From the NCBI GenBank assembly GCA_005222975.1, contig NJBI01000006.1, positions 38,698 to 102,697 of the forward strand: 64,000 nucleotides of DNA, in the 5' to 3' direction. Of the stretch, positions 10,005 through 19,411 are shown piece by piece; positions within the stretch are counted from its first letter, which is position 1, and every line of letters begins with the position of its first letter. A program made the position numbers and the translations under genes. The stretch is from Promethearchaeota archaeon Loki_b31 (GTDB lineage: Archaea; Asgardarchaeota; Lokiarchaeia; Sigyniarchaeales; SOKP01). The notes under the pieces were generated by a model. It saw only the letters and a list, made by a program, of their open reading frames with translations, was not told the origin of the DNA and made no database searches.

Positions 10005-10679
10005 TTATATAAGCAATTTTTTATTAAAAATAAGATCTAGTTCCTCAATTAATGTTTTTTTTGTAAGTTCGAAGCCCTTGCGAAGTACATTTACAATAAT
10101 ATTCCTTCCTGCAGGAACATCTATAATATTATCGTCTTGTTCTACGACTGCAATGCTCTCGTCATTATAATCTAGTTGACGCATTAGAGCTTGAAGCGCA
10201 TTTTCTTTAGTTTTAAAAGTAGCTATCGATAATTCGTTGTAATCTTTTACTTCTTCTTTAACCTGTAAAAATAATATACACTCCTCTAATTGCGAAATAA
10301 ATAATTTTTTTGTAATGTCTTTTAATTTTTTATAGTGTTTATGATTTTTTTTACACTGCCTATCTGTCTGGTCATTTTTTAAGTAGCTTGGAAAATTTCT
10401 ATTAATAACATCGTCAAATTTTTCTTTGGAAATGTCTCCATTTTCTACAAGCAATTTAGCAGAATCTAGCGCGATTTTTATCTGTTTCAATGTCCCTACG
10501 CGGGCTTCATTATCGCTCCAATGTTGATAAAAAGATTTTACAATAGGTTTTATTACAAAATTCAAAAATCCCACGTTTAATTCTGAATCAATTAAATCTC
10601 TTCCATAATTAAGAGATAAGTCAGTTTGTGCTATCATTTTTTGTTCTACAATATTATAATTCCTTTGGATATAATTCAT
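10005..10679 (-). CDS. Hypothetical helical protein (tandem paralog A)
   Basis: Aligns end-to-end with 10796..11452. Confidence 0.75.
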   Translation of the reverse strand: MNYIQRNYNIVEQKMIAQTDLSLNYGRDLIDSELNVGFLNFVIKPIVKSFYQHWSDNEARVGTLKQIKIALDSAKLLVENGDISKEKFDDVINRNFPSYLKNDQTDRQCKKNHKHYKKLKDITKKLFISQLEECILFLQVKEEVKDYNELSIATFKTKENALQALMRQLDYNDESIAVVEQDDNIIDVPAGRNIIVNVLRKGFELTKKTLIEELDLIFNKKLLI

Positions 10680-10795
10680 GATTAAATCTCCAACGATGTC
10701 AATAGTTTATAATTTTCTTATTATCCTAATTAAATTTTTAATATTTTTTGAATATAAAATTTAAAATATGTCATAAATTAATACTTTAATTATCA

Positions 10796-11452
10796 TTAGA
10801 TGTAAGTATCGTCTATAGCTTCAATAAATTCATTCTTTGTTGCTTCAAACCCTTTTCTTAGCGCTTTAATAATGATTTTCTTACCAGTTGGTAACGAAAG
10901 AATAGATGGATCGTCTTCAATAATTTTAATTCCATTTTCGACCTTTTCTAATTGCTTCATTAAATTTCTACTTGCCAGTTCTTTTGTTTTAAATGCAGCT
11001 CTACAAAGGGCTCCATAATCTTTTACATCCTCTTTAACTTCCAAAAAAGTTTTAACTTCTTTTAGATAATTGATGAAGGTGTCTTTTGAATTATTTTTTA
11101 ACTTCTCATAGTTTTTATGATGTTTGCTACATTGATAAGTAACTTGATCATATTTTAAAAAATTAGGAAAATTTTCTTCAATAATGTTATTAAAACTTTC
11201 TTCAGAATTACCGTTCAATAATAATTTCTTTCCAGCTTCTAGTGTGATATTTATTTGTTTTAATGTACCCTTTCTCGCGTCGTGTTTTGCCCAATAATCG
11301 TAAAACGCTTTGACGATCGGTCGTACTATAAAATTCAAAATTCCCGTATCTAATTCACTATCAATAAGCTTTCTTCCTAAAGCGAGCGAATTTTCCATTT
11401 GATAAATCATTCGCTCTTTCACAATGCCATAATTCCGTTCTAAATAATCCAA
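10796..11452 (-). CDS. Hypothetical helical protein (tandem paralog B)
   Basis: Shares RNY, GRxLIDSEL, PIVKxFY, GTLKQI, QCxKxHKxY and LRKGFExTK with paralog A. Confidence 0.75.
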   Translation of the reverse strand: MDYLERNYGIVKERMIYQMENSLALGRKLIDSELDTGILNFIVRPIVKAFYDYWAKHDARKGTLKQINITLEAGKKLLLNGNSEESFNNIIEENFPNFLKYDQVTYQCSKHHKNYEKLKNNSKDTFINYLKEVKTFLEVKEDVKDYGALCRAAFKTKELASRNLMKQLEKVENGIKIIEDDPSILSLPTGKKIIIKALRKGFEATKNEFIEAIDDTYI

Positions 11453-11656
11453 GAGATATCCCCATGTAAAAAAAAAATCATATAATTGTTCAATTGAAAC
11501 TATATTAAAGTAAAGAAAAAGTTCAAAATTTTTTAACTTTTTTATATTTTTAATAGTCTTAAAAGTTTGACTCTAAAAAAGTAAGAATATAATAAGTAAA
11601 AACGTTTATAATTATATTAGTTTTTAATTATAAAATAACATCTTTAGATTAATCCC

Positions 11657-14600
11657 ATGCGTTACATCTTTAAAATTCTCTTATTGGGTTTAGATGGAGA
11701 AGATATTTCTTTTTACGCTCTTAGAGCATTCGGAGAAGAGGTAGAAAATAAAGGAGCGTATTTGGAGTGGTATAAGGAAGTAAAAGCCTTCGAGGATATT
11801 TGCAATTTAGAAGTAGACGCAATAACCGATGTTATTAACGCAGACTTTGATGAAATCATTCCAAAAGTCGATGGGATTGTATATTTTTTGAATCCTTTAA
11901 AAAAAGAAGAATTTGATTATTTCGATATTATAATACCTATTGTTAAATCTGTTAAAAGAAATATTCCTATTATTTTGATGTACTACGATCAACAAGGAAT
12001 TTTTCCTTTATCTATAAATGAATTGTTAGAAAGTCTTTGGTTCAAATATCTTGACGTAGAAGCATTTGTTAATCTACCCCCAAGAGAATTCCACCAAGTT
12101 TTGCAGTGTTTGTGTGTAGCAATGATAACGGGAATTTCCCCTCTTAACATTGAAAACGCGTGGATGAGGTTTCCCATTTATATCCAGCTAGCAAACATTT
12201 TTTTCAAAAAAGCAAAAAAAGAATTCAAACCCGAATTTTATTTTTTTGCTGCCCAAGCCATTAAAAAAGCTGCGATAATTGCTGATATATTAAATAAAGA
12301 GGAATTTTACATAATGTGCGAGCAAGCAGCTTTTCTCTATTCAAAAGTTAAGTTATATTTAGATGCTTCACAAATTTTACAAAATGTAGATAAAAGAAAA
12401 TCGGAAAACTTCAAGAAGTTATATGCAGATAGTATGGTTTTAGAAGGTAATAAATTATTTAATAAAAGACAATACGATCTTGCGGCAAGGCAGTACTTGG
12501 CAGCGGCTCAATGGTCGTCAATAGAACTCAAAGATAACGATTTGCGGGACGAATCATTTCTTTTAGCAATTAATTCTTGGATTTCTGCTTGTAAAGTTGA
12601 AAATGCGTTCAAAATTATCAATAGTCTCCCCCACGAAAAAACACTTCTTATCCTAAGTGAAATTCCTCAAAAAATTATTGCAATGGCAGATTATTTAATT
12701 AAAGAAAAGAAATATTTAGCTGCCCGCCATCAATTGTATAGTGCTGTCTCCGAATATCAACAAGAAGGCTTATTTGACGAATTAGAAAAATTTACTGATA
12801 AGTTAACTGAAGTTTTAATAACATTATTAAAACAACAGCTTAAGGAAGAAAAGAGGTTTTTTGCAAAGCAATCTTATGATGAGATCGAAAATCTTTGGGA
12901 AACTTATAACGTTAAAAAATCAAATGTAGACGCTCAATTAGAAAAATTAATTAAATTATTCTTAGACAATCTTGATTTTGGCAACGCTACAATTTTAATT
13001 AATAAGTTAAATTCCTTGTCAGTAAAGAAAAAATTAACGAAATTAAGCTCTAAAGTTGAAGATGAAAATAAGGAATTAATAAAGAAGAAAATAGAAGAAA
13101 ATATTGAGAAAGGTGTGGAAATTCTAAAAGGTTTCATAGAAAAGGAGTTAGAAATTTTTACAGAAATTAACACCCTAATAATTCAAGAAGCTAATTTATT
13201 AATTGAAAACAATGATTATCCAAAAGCCGCTAATCTGGTGAAAACCCAAGCAGATTTTTTCAAACGAATTGCTAGGGAAGATATTCAAAATCAAATGTTA
13301 AAAAAAAACTTAGATATCCTCTTAATCGGTAAAATTTTTGATCAATTTTTTAAAGTGTATTACGAATTATCAAAGAGAACAAAAAAGGAATATTTAAAGA
13401 ATAAACTTGCTATTATCATAGAAAAGTTAAATGAAATTGTAGAGGAACGAGATTACGAAAAAAACGAAGAAATATTTGAACTTTTTATCTCAATTTTTAG
13501 AGAACAAATGTTATACGAGCAATCTAAGGAAATTAGTAAAATCTTTATAGAATCAATCAAAACCGAAGGACTAAAAATTGTCGAAAGTGGCGAAGATAAA
13601 TTTCTTATCGAAGCTTCCCTGAATTTAATTAAAAAAGCTACAGATATTTCGTTAGCATATATGGAAAAACCGGAATTGAGCTTCAATAAAATTTATAAGA
13701 GGATTACAGAAATTTATATAACCTTAGATAATTTATCTTCCGCTCATGCCATTAACGATAAAATCGACGATAAATGGCTTAAAGCTGAGCTTAATAAGAG
13801 AATCGAAAATCTCGAGGCTGAAAAAAGCGCCATCATCGTTAAGAAAGCTGAAGAATCTTTTGAAGGGGAGGTTTTAAAAGAAAGACTCTCGATAATTCAG
13901 AGTAAAGCAAGAGAGGCGCTCCATGACAAGGAAAGGGAATTCAAACAGAGAAAAGCCTTGAAAAGAGCCTATTATATTGACGCATTAGAGTATTTGAGTA
14001 TGCAAGATTTAGATAATGCCATAGAGAAATATAAAGAAAGCATAAATCATTTAATTAGAATAAAAAAATATAATTTAGCTGGCGTTTCTTTAGCAGTACT
14101 TTTTTTAATGCTTATCAAACAAAATACGATTGAAGATATTAACAAAATACTAATACGCACAAAAACTAGTTTATCAAGTTTAGAAAAATCATTTACTGAA
14201 ACTTTTTCAGTATCTTTGGTTGAATACCTTATAGATATCGAGAAGTTAAGCGATCCTGTTGTGTTGAATGAATCAATACAGTTTATGGAAAATTTACCGT
14301 TATTTGAAGAAGAAATCCTCCTAATTTCTGATATCTTAGGCAAGTCACATAAAATGATTAGTGAACCTGAAGATTTAAAAAAGCAAATTATTGAAATCGA
14401 GAAAATAAAAGATAAAATTAACGAGTTAGCTAAAAGTATACGAAAAGAAAGGAAAGATGTTGCTAAAAGAAAATTAATGAGAAATCAATATTGGAAATTA
14501 GCTTTAGAGGATCTTTCTAACAAAAAATTTCAAGTAGCCATAAATGAATATAGTGATACAATTCCGAAATTGCTGGAAAAAAAATTTTATAAGCAAGCTT

Positions 14601-15400
14601 CAATAAGTCTGATATTAAGTACATTTTTAATAGTAAAAACAAAGGGCGCATCATTAGCTAAGTCCTATTTAAATGATAAACTAGCAAAACATAAAGAATA
14701 CGATCTTGAAGAAATGCCGGAGATACAAATCACAAAAGAGCTTCTTTCAGCGTTAGATAATAACTTTTTAGAACTAATAGGTTTATGTTTAGACCTTTTA
14801 ATAGATAAATTAACTCTTTTTGACCCTGAGATCTTATTACTTGAATCTCTTTTACCCGAAAAAGAAGAACGAGGAGAACAAGAAGTAAAATTAACGCGGA
14901 AAGAAATAGGCGAAATAAAACAACTTAATATAGAAAGGGATCAAATAAACAGTAAATTGCAGCAAAAAAAGGGAGACATTAAGAGAGAACAAAAAGAATT
15001 TTTAAAGAAACGTAGCGTAATGAAAAAGAGATATTACAAAGATGTAATTATATCTCTTAAAAGTAACTCATTTAAAAAGGCGGGTCTACAGTATCGCGAA
15101 TTAGCAAAAGCAATATCAAAAAGAAAAGACCTTAGAACCAGTTCACTATTAGTTCTTTTACACGGATTGTCCCTTCTAAAAGCAAACGAGCCGATTAAGG
15201 AAATAAAAACAAATGTTAAAAACTTTCTTGACTCATTAGGTTTAAATAAGCAATTAGTAGAAGATACGTTTCATATTACTCTCATAAAATTTTACCTAGA
15301 TGTGATTTCGCATAATCTTGATAAATATCTTCCACATATAAGAGAAATGTTAGAATTATTACCACTATTTGAAGAAGAAAAACAGTTAATTGAAATTTAA
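11657..15400 (+). CDS. Large alpha-solenoid protein with a degenerate N-terminal small-GTPase-like domain and three ~175-aa C-terminal repeats
   Basis: The N-terminus FKILLLGLDG...VDGIVYFLNP...NIPIILM follows Ras-fold strand order without GKT; TPR/SNAP-like helices; repeats end in L[PT]LF[ED]xE. Confidence 0.7.
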   Translation: MRYIFKILLLGLDGEDISFYALRAFGEEVENKGAYLEWYKEVKAFEDICNLEVDAITDVINADFDEIIPKVDGIVYFLNPLKKEEFDYFDIIIPIVKSVKRNIPIILMYYDQQGIFPLSINELLESLWFKYLDVEAFVNLPPREFHQVLQCLCVAMITGISPLNIENAWMRFPIYIQLANIFFKKAKKEFKPEFYFFAAQAIKKAAIIADILNKEEFYIMCEQAAFLYSKVKLYLDASQILQNVDKRKSENFKKLYADSMVLEGNKLFNKRQYDLAARQYLAAAQWSSIELKDNDLRDESFLLAINSWISACKVENAFKIINSLPHEKTLLILSEIPQKIIAMADYLIKEKKYLAARHQLYSAVSEYQQEGLFDELEKFTDKLTEVLITLLKQQLKEEKRFFAKQSYDEIENLWETYNVKKSNVDAQLEKLIKLFLDNLDFGNATILINKLNSLSVKKKLTKLSSKVEDENKELIKKKIEENIEKGVEILKGFIEKELEIFTEINTLIIQEANLLIENNDYPKAANLVKTQADFFKRIAREDIQNQMLKKNLDILLIGKIFDQFFKVYYELSKRTKKEYLKNKLAIIIEKLNEIVEERDYEKNEEIFELFISIFREQMLYEQSKEISKIFIESIKTEGLKIVESGEDKFLIEASLNLIKKATDISLAYMEKPELSFNKIYKRITEIYITLDNLSSAHAINDKIDDKWLKAELNKRIENLEAEKSAIIVKKAEESFEGEVLKERLSIIQSKAREALHDKEREFKQRKALKRAYYIDALEYLSMQDLDNAIEKYKESINHLIRIKKYNLAGVSLAVLFLMLIKQNTIEDINKILIRTKTSLSSLEKSFTETFSVSLVEYLIDIEKLSDPVVLNESIQFMENLPLFEEEILLISDILGKSHKMISEPEDLKKQIIEIEKIKDKINELAKSIRKERKDVAKRKLMRNQYWKLALEDLSNKKFQVAINEYSDTIPKLLEKKFYKQASISLILSTFLIVKTKGASLAKSYLNDKLAKHKEYDLEEMPEIQITKELLSALDNNFLELIGLCLDLLIDKLTLFDPEILLLESLLPEKEERGEQEVKLTRKEIGEIKQLNIERDQINSKLQQKKGDIKREQKEFLKKRSVMKKRYYKDVIISLKSNSFKKAGLQYRELAKAISKRKDLRTSSLLVLLHGLSLLKANEPIKEIKTNVKNFLDSLGLNKQLVEDTFHITLIKFYLDVISHNLDKYLPHIREMLELLPLFEEEKQLIEI

Positions 15401-16326
15401 AAAGGATTAGCTATTGTACTTTTTGCAAATTTCATGAGATCTTTTACGCGCATCCTTAATGTAACTTCGGTAACGCGGGCTAACTTGCTAATTTCTTTCT
15501 GAGTGCGGTTTTCATTACAACTCCTAGATCCAATATAAATAGCCGCAGCGGCTATCCCTTTTGGGTCTTTTCCCGCAGAATTAAAACCGTTTTCAGAGGC
15601 AATTTCTATAATTTTGACAGCAATATTTCTACATTGCATAGATAACCTCAACTCGGAGTTAAATCTATCCACATATTTATCAGGGGTAAAATGTTGCACC
15701 TTCAGATTTAACTTTGGTAAAATTTCCATCAATATTAATCTATAGCTCTTAATCACTTTCTTTTTTGGTATTTGCGCGACTTTTGTAATTTCTTCCACAG
15801 TTCGAGGGATGCCGTGCACTCTCAATGCGCAAAATATTGAAGCAGCGAGTAGAGTATCGATACTTCTCCCCATTGTTAACTTTTTCTTTACGGTTTGCGT
15901 ATAAATTCTTAGCGCATCCTCAGCTACAGTATCTGAAATACCTAATCTTTTTTGTAACCTTTGTAAGTTAGGTAACGCAATCCATAAATTTCTCTCGTAG
16001 CTAGTAGTTAAGGATCTATGAATTTTTGCCAGTCTATTGAATTTAGATTTGTATTTTGGGCTTAACAAAATCCCCCGTGCGTCTCTACTACCCCTTATAA
16101 TCGTTCGTGGTCCTATAGGACTATAAACTCTTTCGTTACTCTTCCGTTTTTGGATTTCTTCTTGCGTGAAAGCTCTTCGAGGTGAATCGTCAAGAATTCT
16201 ATCATACACCAAACCACAATTCAAACAGACGTAGAAACCAAGTTCCTCACTGATTTTTGGAGAGTCACAGCAAAATTCTTCTTCCTTCTTGTCAAAATTT
16301 CCTCTATCTTTAAAACTTGGTGGCAT
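15397..16326 (-). CDS. tfb: Transcription initiation factor IIB (TFB paralog)
   Basis: Zn ribbon CC...CLNCG, two cyclin folds (GRSIDTLLAASIF; GKDPKGIAAAAIY), RTQKEIS...VTEVTLR HTH. Confidence 0.93.
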   Translation of the reverse strand: MPPSFKDRGNFDKKEEEFCCDSPKISEELGFYVCLNCGLVYDRILDDSPRRAFTQEEIQKRKSNERVYSPIGPRTIIRGSRDARGILLSPKYKSKFNRLAKIHRSLTTSYERNLWIALPNLQRLQKRLGISDTVAEDALRIYTQTVKKKLTMGRSIDTLLAASIFCALRVHGIPRTVEEITKVAQIPKKKVIKSYRLILMEILPKLNLKVQHFTPDKYVDRFNSELRLSMQCRNIAVKIIEIASENGFNSAGKDPKGIAAAAIYIGSRSCNENRTQKEISKLARVTEVTLRMRVKDLMKFAKSTIANPF

Positions 16327-16535
16327 ATCATCCGTTTAAATTAAATGCAAATATTAGGAACATTCAATTTCAGTATAGTATTTAAAATAAACTATATATT
16401 TAAATCTTAATCTAATTTAATTTCTGTTGTGAAAATTTAGTCTATTTAACTATTATCTTATAAGTTTAAAAATTAATAATTATATTACTTCAAAGTTTAA
16501 TAAATAATTACAAATTAATACAAATTGTTAGCAAA

Positions 16536-17780
16536 ATGTCGTCCGATATCTCAAAAGTATTAAATGTCTTCTCAAAATTTCTAGACTCAAAAGTAGTTAA
16601 AACTGGTAAACTTAAAACCATTGAAGAAATAAAAAAATTACCAATATACTCTTATAAATTTCTTACAAAAAGCGAAGCTAAAGTTCTAAAAGGTATATTA
16701 GATATATCTAATATCGAAGAAGCTTCCAAATTAGACAAGGAAAATCCCTTTGAAGGTTTAAATAATATTGGTTCAACTAAAGACCCTATTAAAGTCGCTG
16801 AAATCCAAGACGAATTAAATGAAAAAATCGTGGTACTTAAAGAGAAATACCCCGAACTTGAAGATAGCTTAAAAAAAGCAATTGTTATTAGTTCTATAAT
16901 TACCAGAGTCGTAGATGAAGAAGATAGTTTCGAAAAAGCAGCGCAGAAAGTAATAATAATTGGGTTAGACAATGCGGGAAAGACTGCAATTTTGAACAAG
17001 TTTGGAGGGCGGTTAGGTATTAACGATTTAGCTAACTTGAAGCCAACTAAAGGTGTAGATCGTCGTTATATTAAAACTAAAGATTCTGATTTGGATCTTT
17101 ATGTCTGGGATATGGGGGGTCAAGCACAATACAGGAGTAAGTACCTAAAAAATCCAGAACAATATTTTTTGAATATTGATTTATTGATCTATGTAATTGA
17201 TGTGCAAGACTCTAATAGGTTCGTAGAATCTTTTGAGTATTTTGAACAAATTCTTAAAATTTTAGCCCTCATAGAAGAAGAACCTTTTATTTTAATATAC
17301 ATACACAAATGCGACCCGGATTTAAAACACGACCCCGAGACATTACTTAAGATCGAACTTCTAAAAGAAAACCTTAATCAGTTATTAACTCAGTACGGAT
17401 TCGATTATGAAGCTTATTTAACTTCCATCTTTTCATTAATCTCTACCGAACCTAAGTTTTCTAAATACATCAAAGAAGTAATGAGATCAACAGACTCGTT
17501 AACAAACCCAACTTTAAAAAAGGTTGAAGGTCTGGGAAAAACTTTAGAAGAAACTATGAACGCGGTTATACGCTTATCTGAAAGCCTTTCCAAACAATTA
17601 TCTGAATTAGATAACAGATTACGCGCAATTGAAAGCGGAGCGTTTCAAATGGCTCAAAGCGGAATTCCAATTGGGATTGCCAACCCTAATATAGCGTCAG
17701 AAAACCCAGCAGATTCCAGATCAACCGTTTTAAATGAATTGAAACAATTATTTGAAAAAAAACGTAAATTAAACCTTTAG
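16536..17780 (+). CDS. Rag/Arf-like GTPase with an N-terminal extension and a C-terminal coiled coil
   Basis: GLDNAGKT, PTKG, WDMGGQ, HKCD, LTSIF. Confidence 0.85.
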   Translation: MSSDISKVLNVFSKFLDSKVVKTGKLKTIEEIKKLPIYSYKFLTKSEAKVLKGILDISNIEEASKLDKENPFEGLNNIGSTKDPIKVAEIQDELNEKIVVLKEKYPELEDSLKKAIVISSIITRVVDEEDSFEKAAQKVIIIGLDNAGKTAILNKFGGRLGINDLANLKPTKGVDRRYIKTKDSDLDLYVWDMGGQAQYRSKYLKNPEQYFLNIDLLIYVIDVQDSNRFVESFEYFEQILKILALIEEEPFILIYIHKCDPDLKHDPETLLKIELLKENLNQLLTQYGFDYEAYLTSIFSLISTEPKFSKYIKEVMRSTDSLTNPTLKKVEGLGKTLEETMNAVIRLSESLSKQLSELDNRLRAIESGAFQMAQSGIPIGIANPNIASENPADSRSTVLNELKQLFEKKRKLNL

Positions 17781-17839
17781 ACCTTTCATTAGAATTGATT
17801 TATTGTAACTTGCTTTAGACCGATAAAGAGAGGTTCTAT

Positions 17840-18553
17840 TTATTTAATACTCTCAAAAATTTCTTTAATTCTTTTGTAAATAGCAACAAGAATAACTAAT
17901 GTATCTATCCCAATAACTAAAATTAAATACCATATGTTTTCAAATAGCAAGGGATTAATTACGTGATAATGAATAGTACCTCCATAAAATTGCTCAAAAA
18001 AAGTAATCATTCTCAACAAGATAGGTGCTACAATGATTACAGCTAATAAAAAACCAATAATCCCAATAAAAAAACCGAAAATCACATCGCTCGGGTAATG
18101 TACACCTAATTGAATCCTGGAAAAAGAAACAATCACAGTAAAAATAGAGACAATAATGGTTATCGCTATTGAATTTAACAAATAAGCAAATAACAATCCT
18201 TGAGAAATAACATTATAAACATGCCAAGAAGGAAAACTCCTTGAAGTTGGTTTTCGCTCTAGAACATTTATATCTTTTAGCGTTTCAAAAGGTCTTTCTC
18301 TATCAAAACTCTTTTTTACTGGAGCAATTATGATTACACCAAGTAAAAATATTGCAGAAATATTTGAAAACAAAAATGGCGCGTACCAAATGAATAAGTA
18401 AAACACCATTAGAACGATCCATAAAGTCTCTCTTCCAAAAAATGATACAATTTTTAGAAAATTAGTAAACACATTACCTCCAATGCCGTTATATTTTAAA
18501 ATAACTTTCTGATCCCAATTATTGAGCTTGTTAAATATATTTTTTGATTCCAT
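17840..18553 (-). CDS. PAP2-family membrane phosphatase
   Basis: KxxxxRERP, SFPSWH, SRIQLGVHYPSD. Confidence 0.9.
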   Translation of the reverse strand: MESKNIFNKLNNWDQKVILKYNGIGGNVFTNFLKIVSFFGRETLWIVLMVFYLFIWYAPFLFSNISAIFLLGVIIIAPVKKSFDRERPFETLKDINVLERKPTSRSFPSWHVYNVISQGLLFAYLLNSIAITIIVSIFTVIVSFSRIQLGVHYPSDVIFGFFIGIIGFLLAVIIVAPILLRMITFFEQFYGGTIHYHVINPLLFENIWYLILVIGIDTLVILVAIYKRIKEIFESIK

Positions 18554-18567
18554 AATTATTGTGCTTT

Positions 18568-19362
18568 TTATTTGTTTGACCCTAAAAATTGGTACGCTTT
18601 CTTTACCTTAGGAATTTGTTCTTGAAAATACTTAACTGAATGAGAGTCTGACCCAACAAAAAATTTCGCTCGTTCTGATTTTAATTGCTGTACAATTTCT
18701 TTAGAAGGAAATGGTCGTTTAATTGGAAATTTTAAACCAGACAGATTATATTCAATGTGAATTCTGTTCTTTATACACAAACGGCCAAGATCTAATATCC
18801 GGTCTTCCGAAGTGTTACAATCGTCCAAAGCTTTTATGTCGTTATCGTTGATATAGCGGTAGATCGTGTCGATATGACAGACGTTTTTAAATATTTTAGA
18901 TTTTATCATCATCTCGCTAATTTCAAAATAGTCGTCTATAACTTGCTTCATTGGTATCTTTTCTAACAATTGTAATAATTTTTCTCTTGATGTTATCGGA
19001 TAGCGATAAATCCACTCGTGGATTGTTCCACCAATAAAATCCAATTCTTTACCGTAATCGTCCATAAATTCCATTAATTCTATTTCCCGATCTCGGTAAT
19101 ATTCTACTTCGAGACCGCTTAGGATGAAATTATAAGTTTCTTTTAACTCGTCTATCTCTTCAAGGTAATCGTCGATTTTGCTATCGTAAAACGGGTTTGT
19201 TTTGTCTTGTTCTATGTAATACAGTTCATAATGTTCAAGAAAACAGATGTTAATTTCATTTGCTTCAGCAATCTTAATATAATCTTCAAATACTGGACCA
19301 TTTTTCGAGATATCTGCGCTCCAGTTCGTATGGATGTGATAATCAGTATGTTTAAACTTCAT
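18568..19362 (-). CDS. PHP-domain phosphoesterase (histidinol phosphatase-like)
   Basis: DYHIHT, LEH, GLEVE, CHID, GSDSH. Confidence 0.85.
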   Translation of the reverse strand: MKFKHTDYHIHTNWSADISKNGPVFEDYIKIAEANEINICFLEHYELYYIEQDKTNPFYDSKIDDYLEEIDELKETYNFILSGLEVEYYRDREIELMEFMDDYGKELDFIGGTIHEWIYRYPITSREKLLQLLEKIPMKQVIDDYFEISEMMIKSKIFKNVCHIDTIYRYINDNDIKALDDCNTSEDRILDLGRLCIKNRIHIEYNLSGLKFPIKRPFPSKEIVQQLKSERAKFFVGSDSHSVKYFQEQIPKVKKAYQFLGSNK

Positions 19363-19411
19363 AAGATTGTATTTTTAATAATTAAGAAAGTTAGATAAAA
19401 ATTTTGATTAT

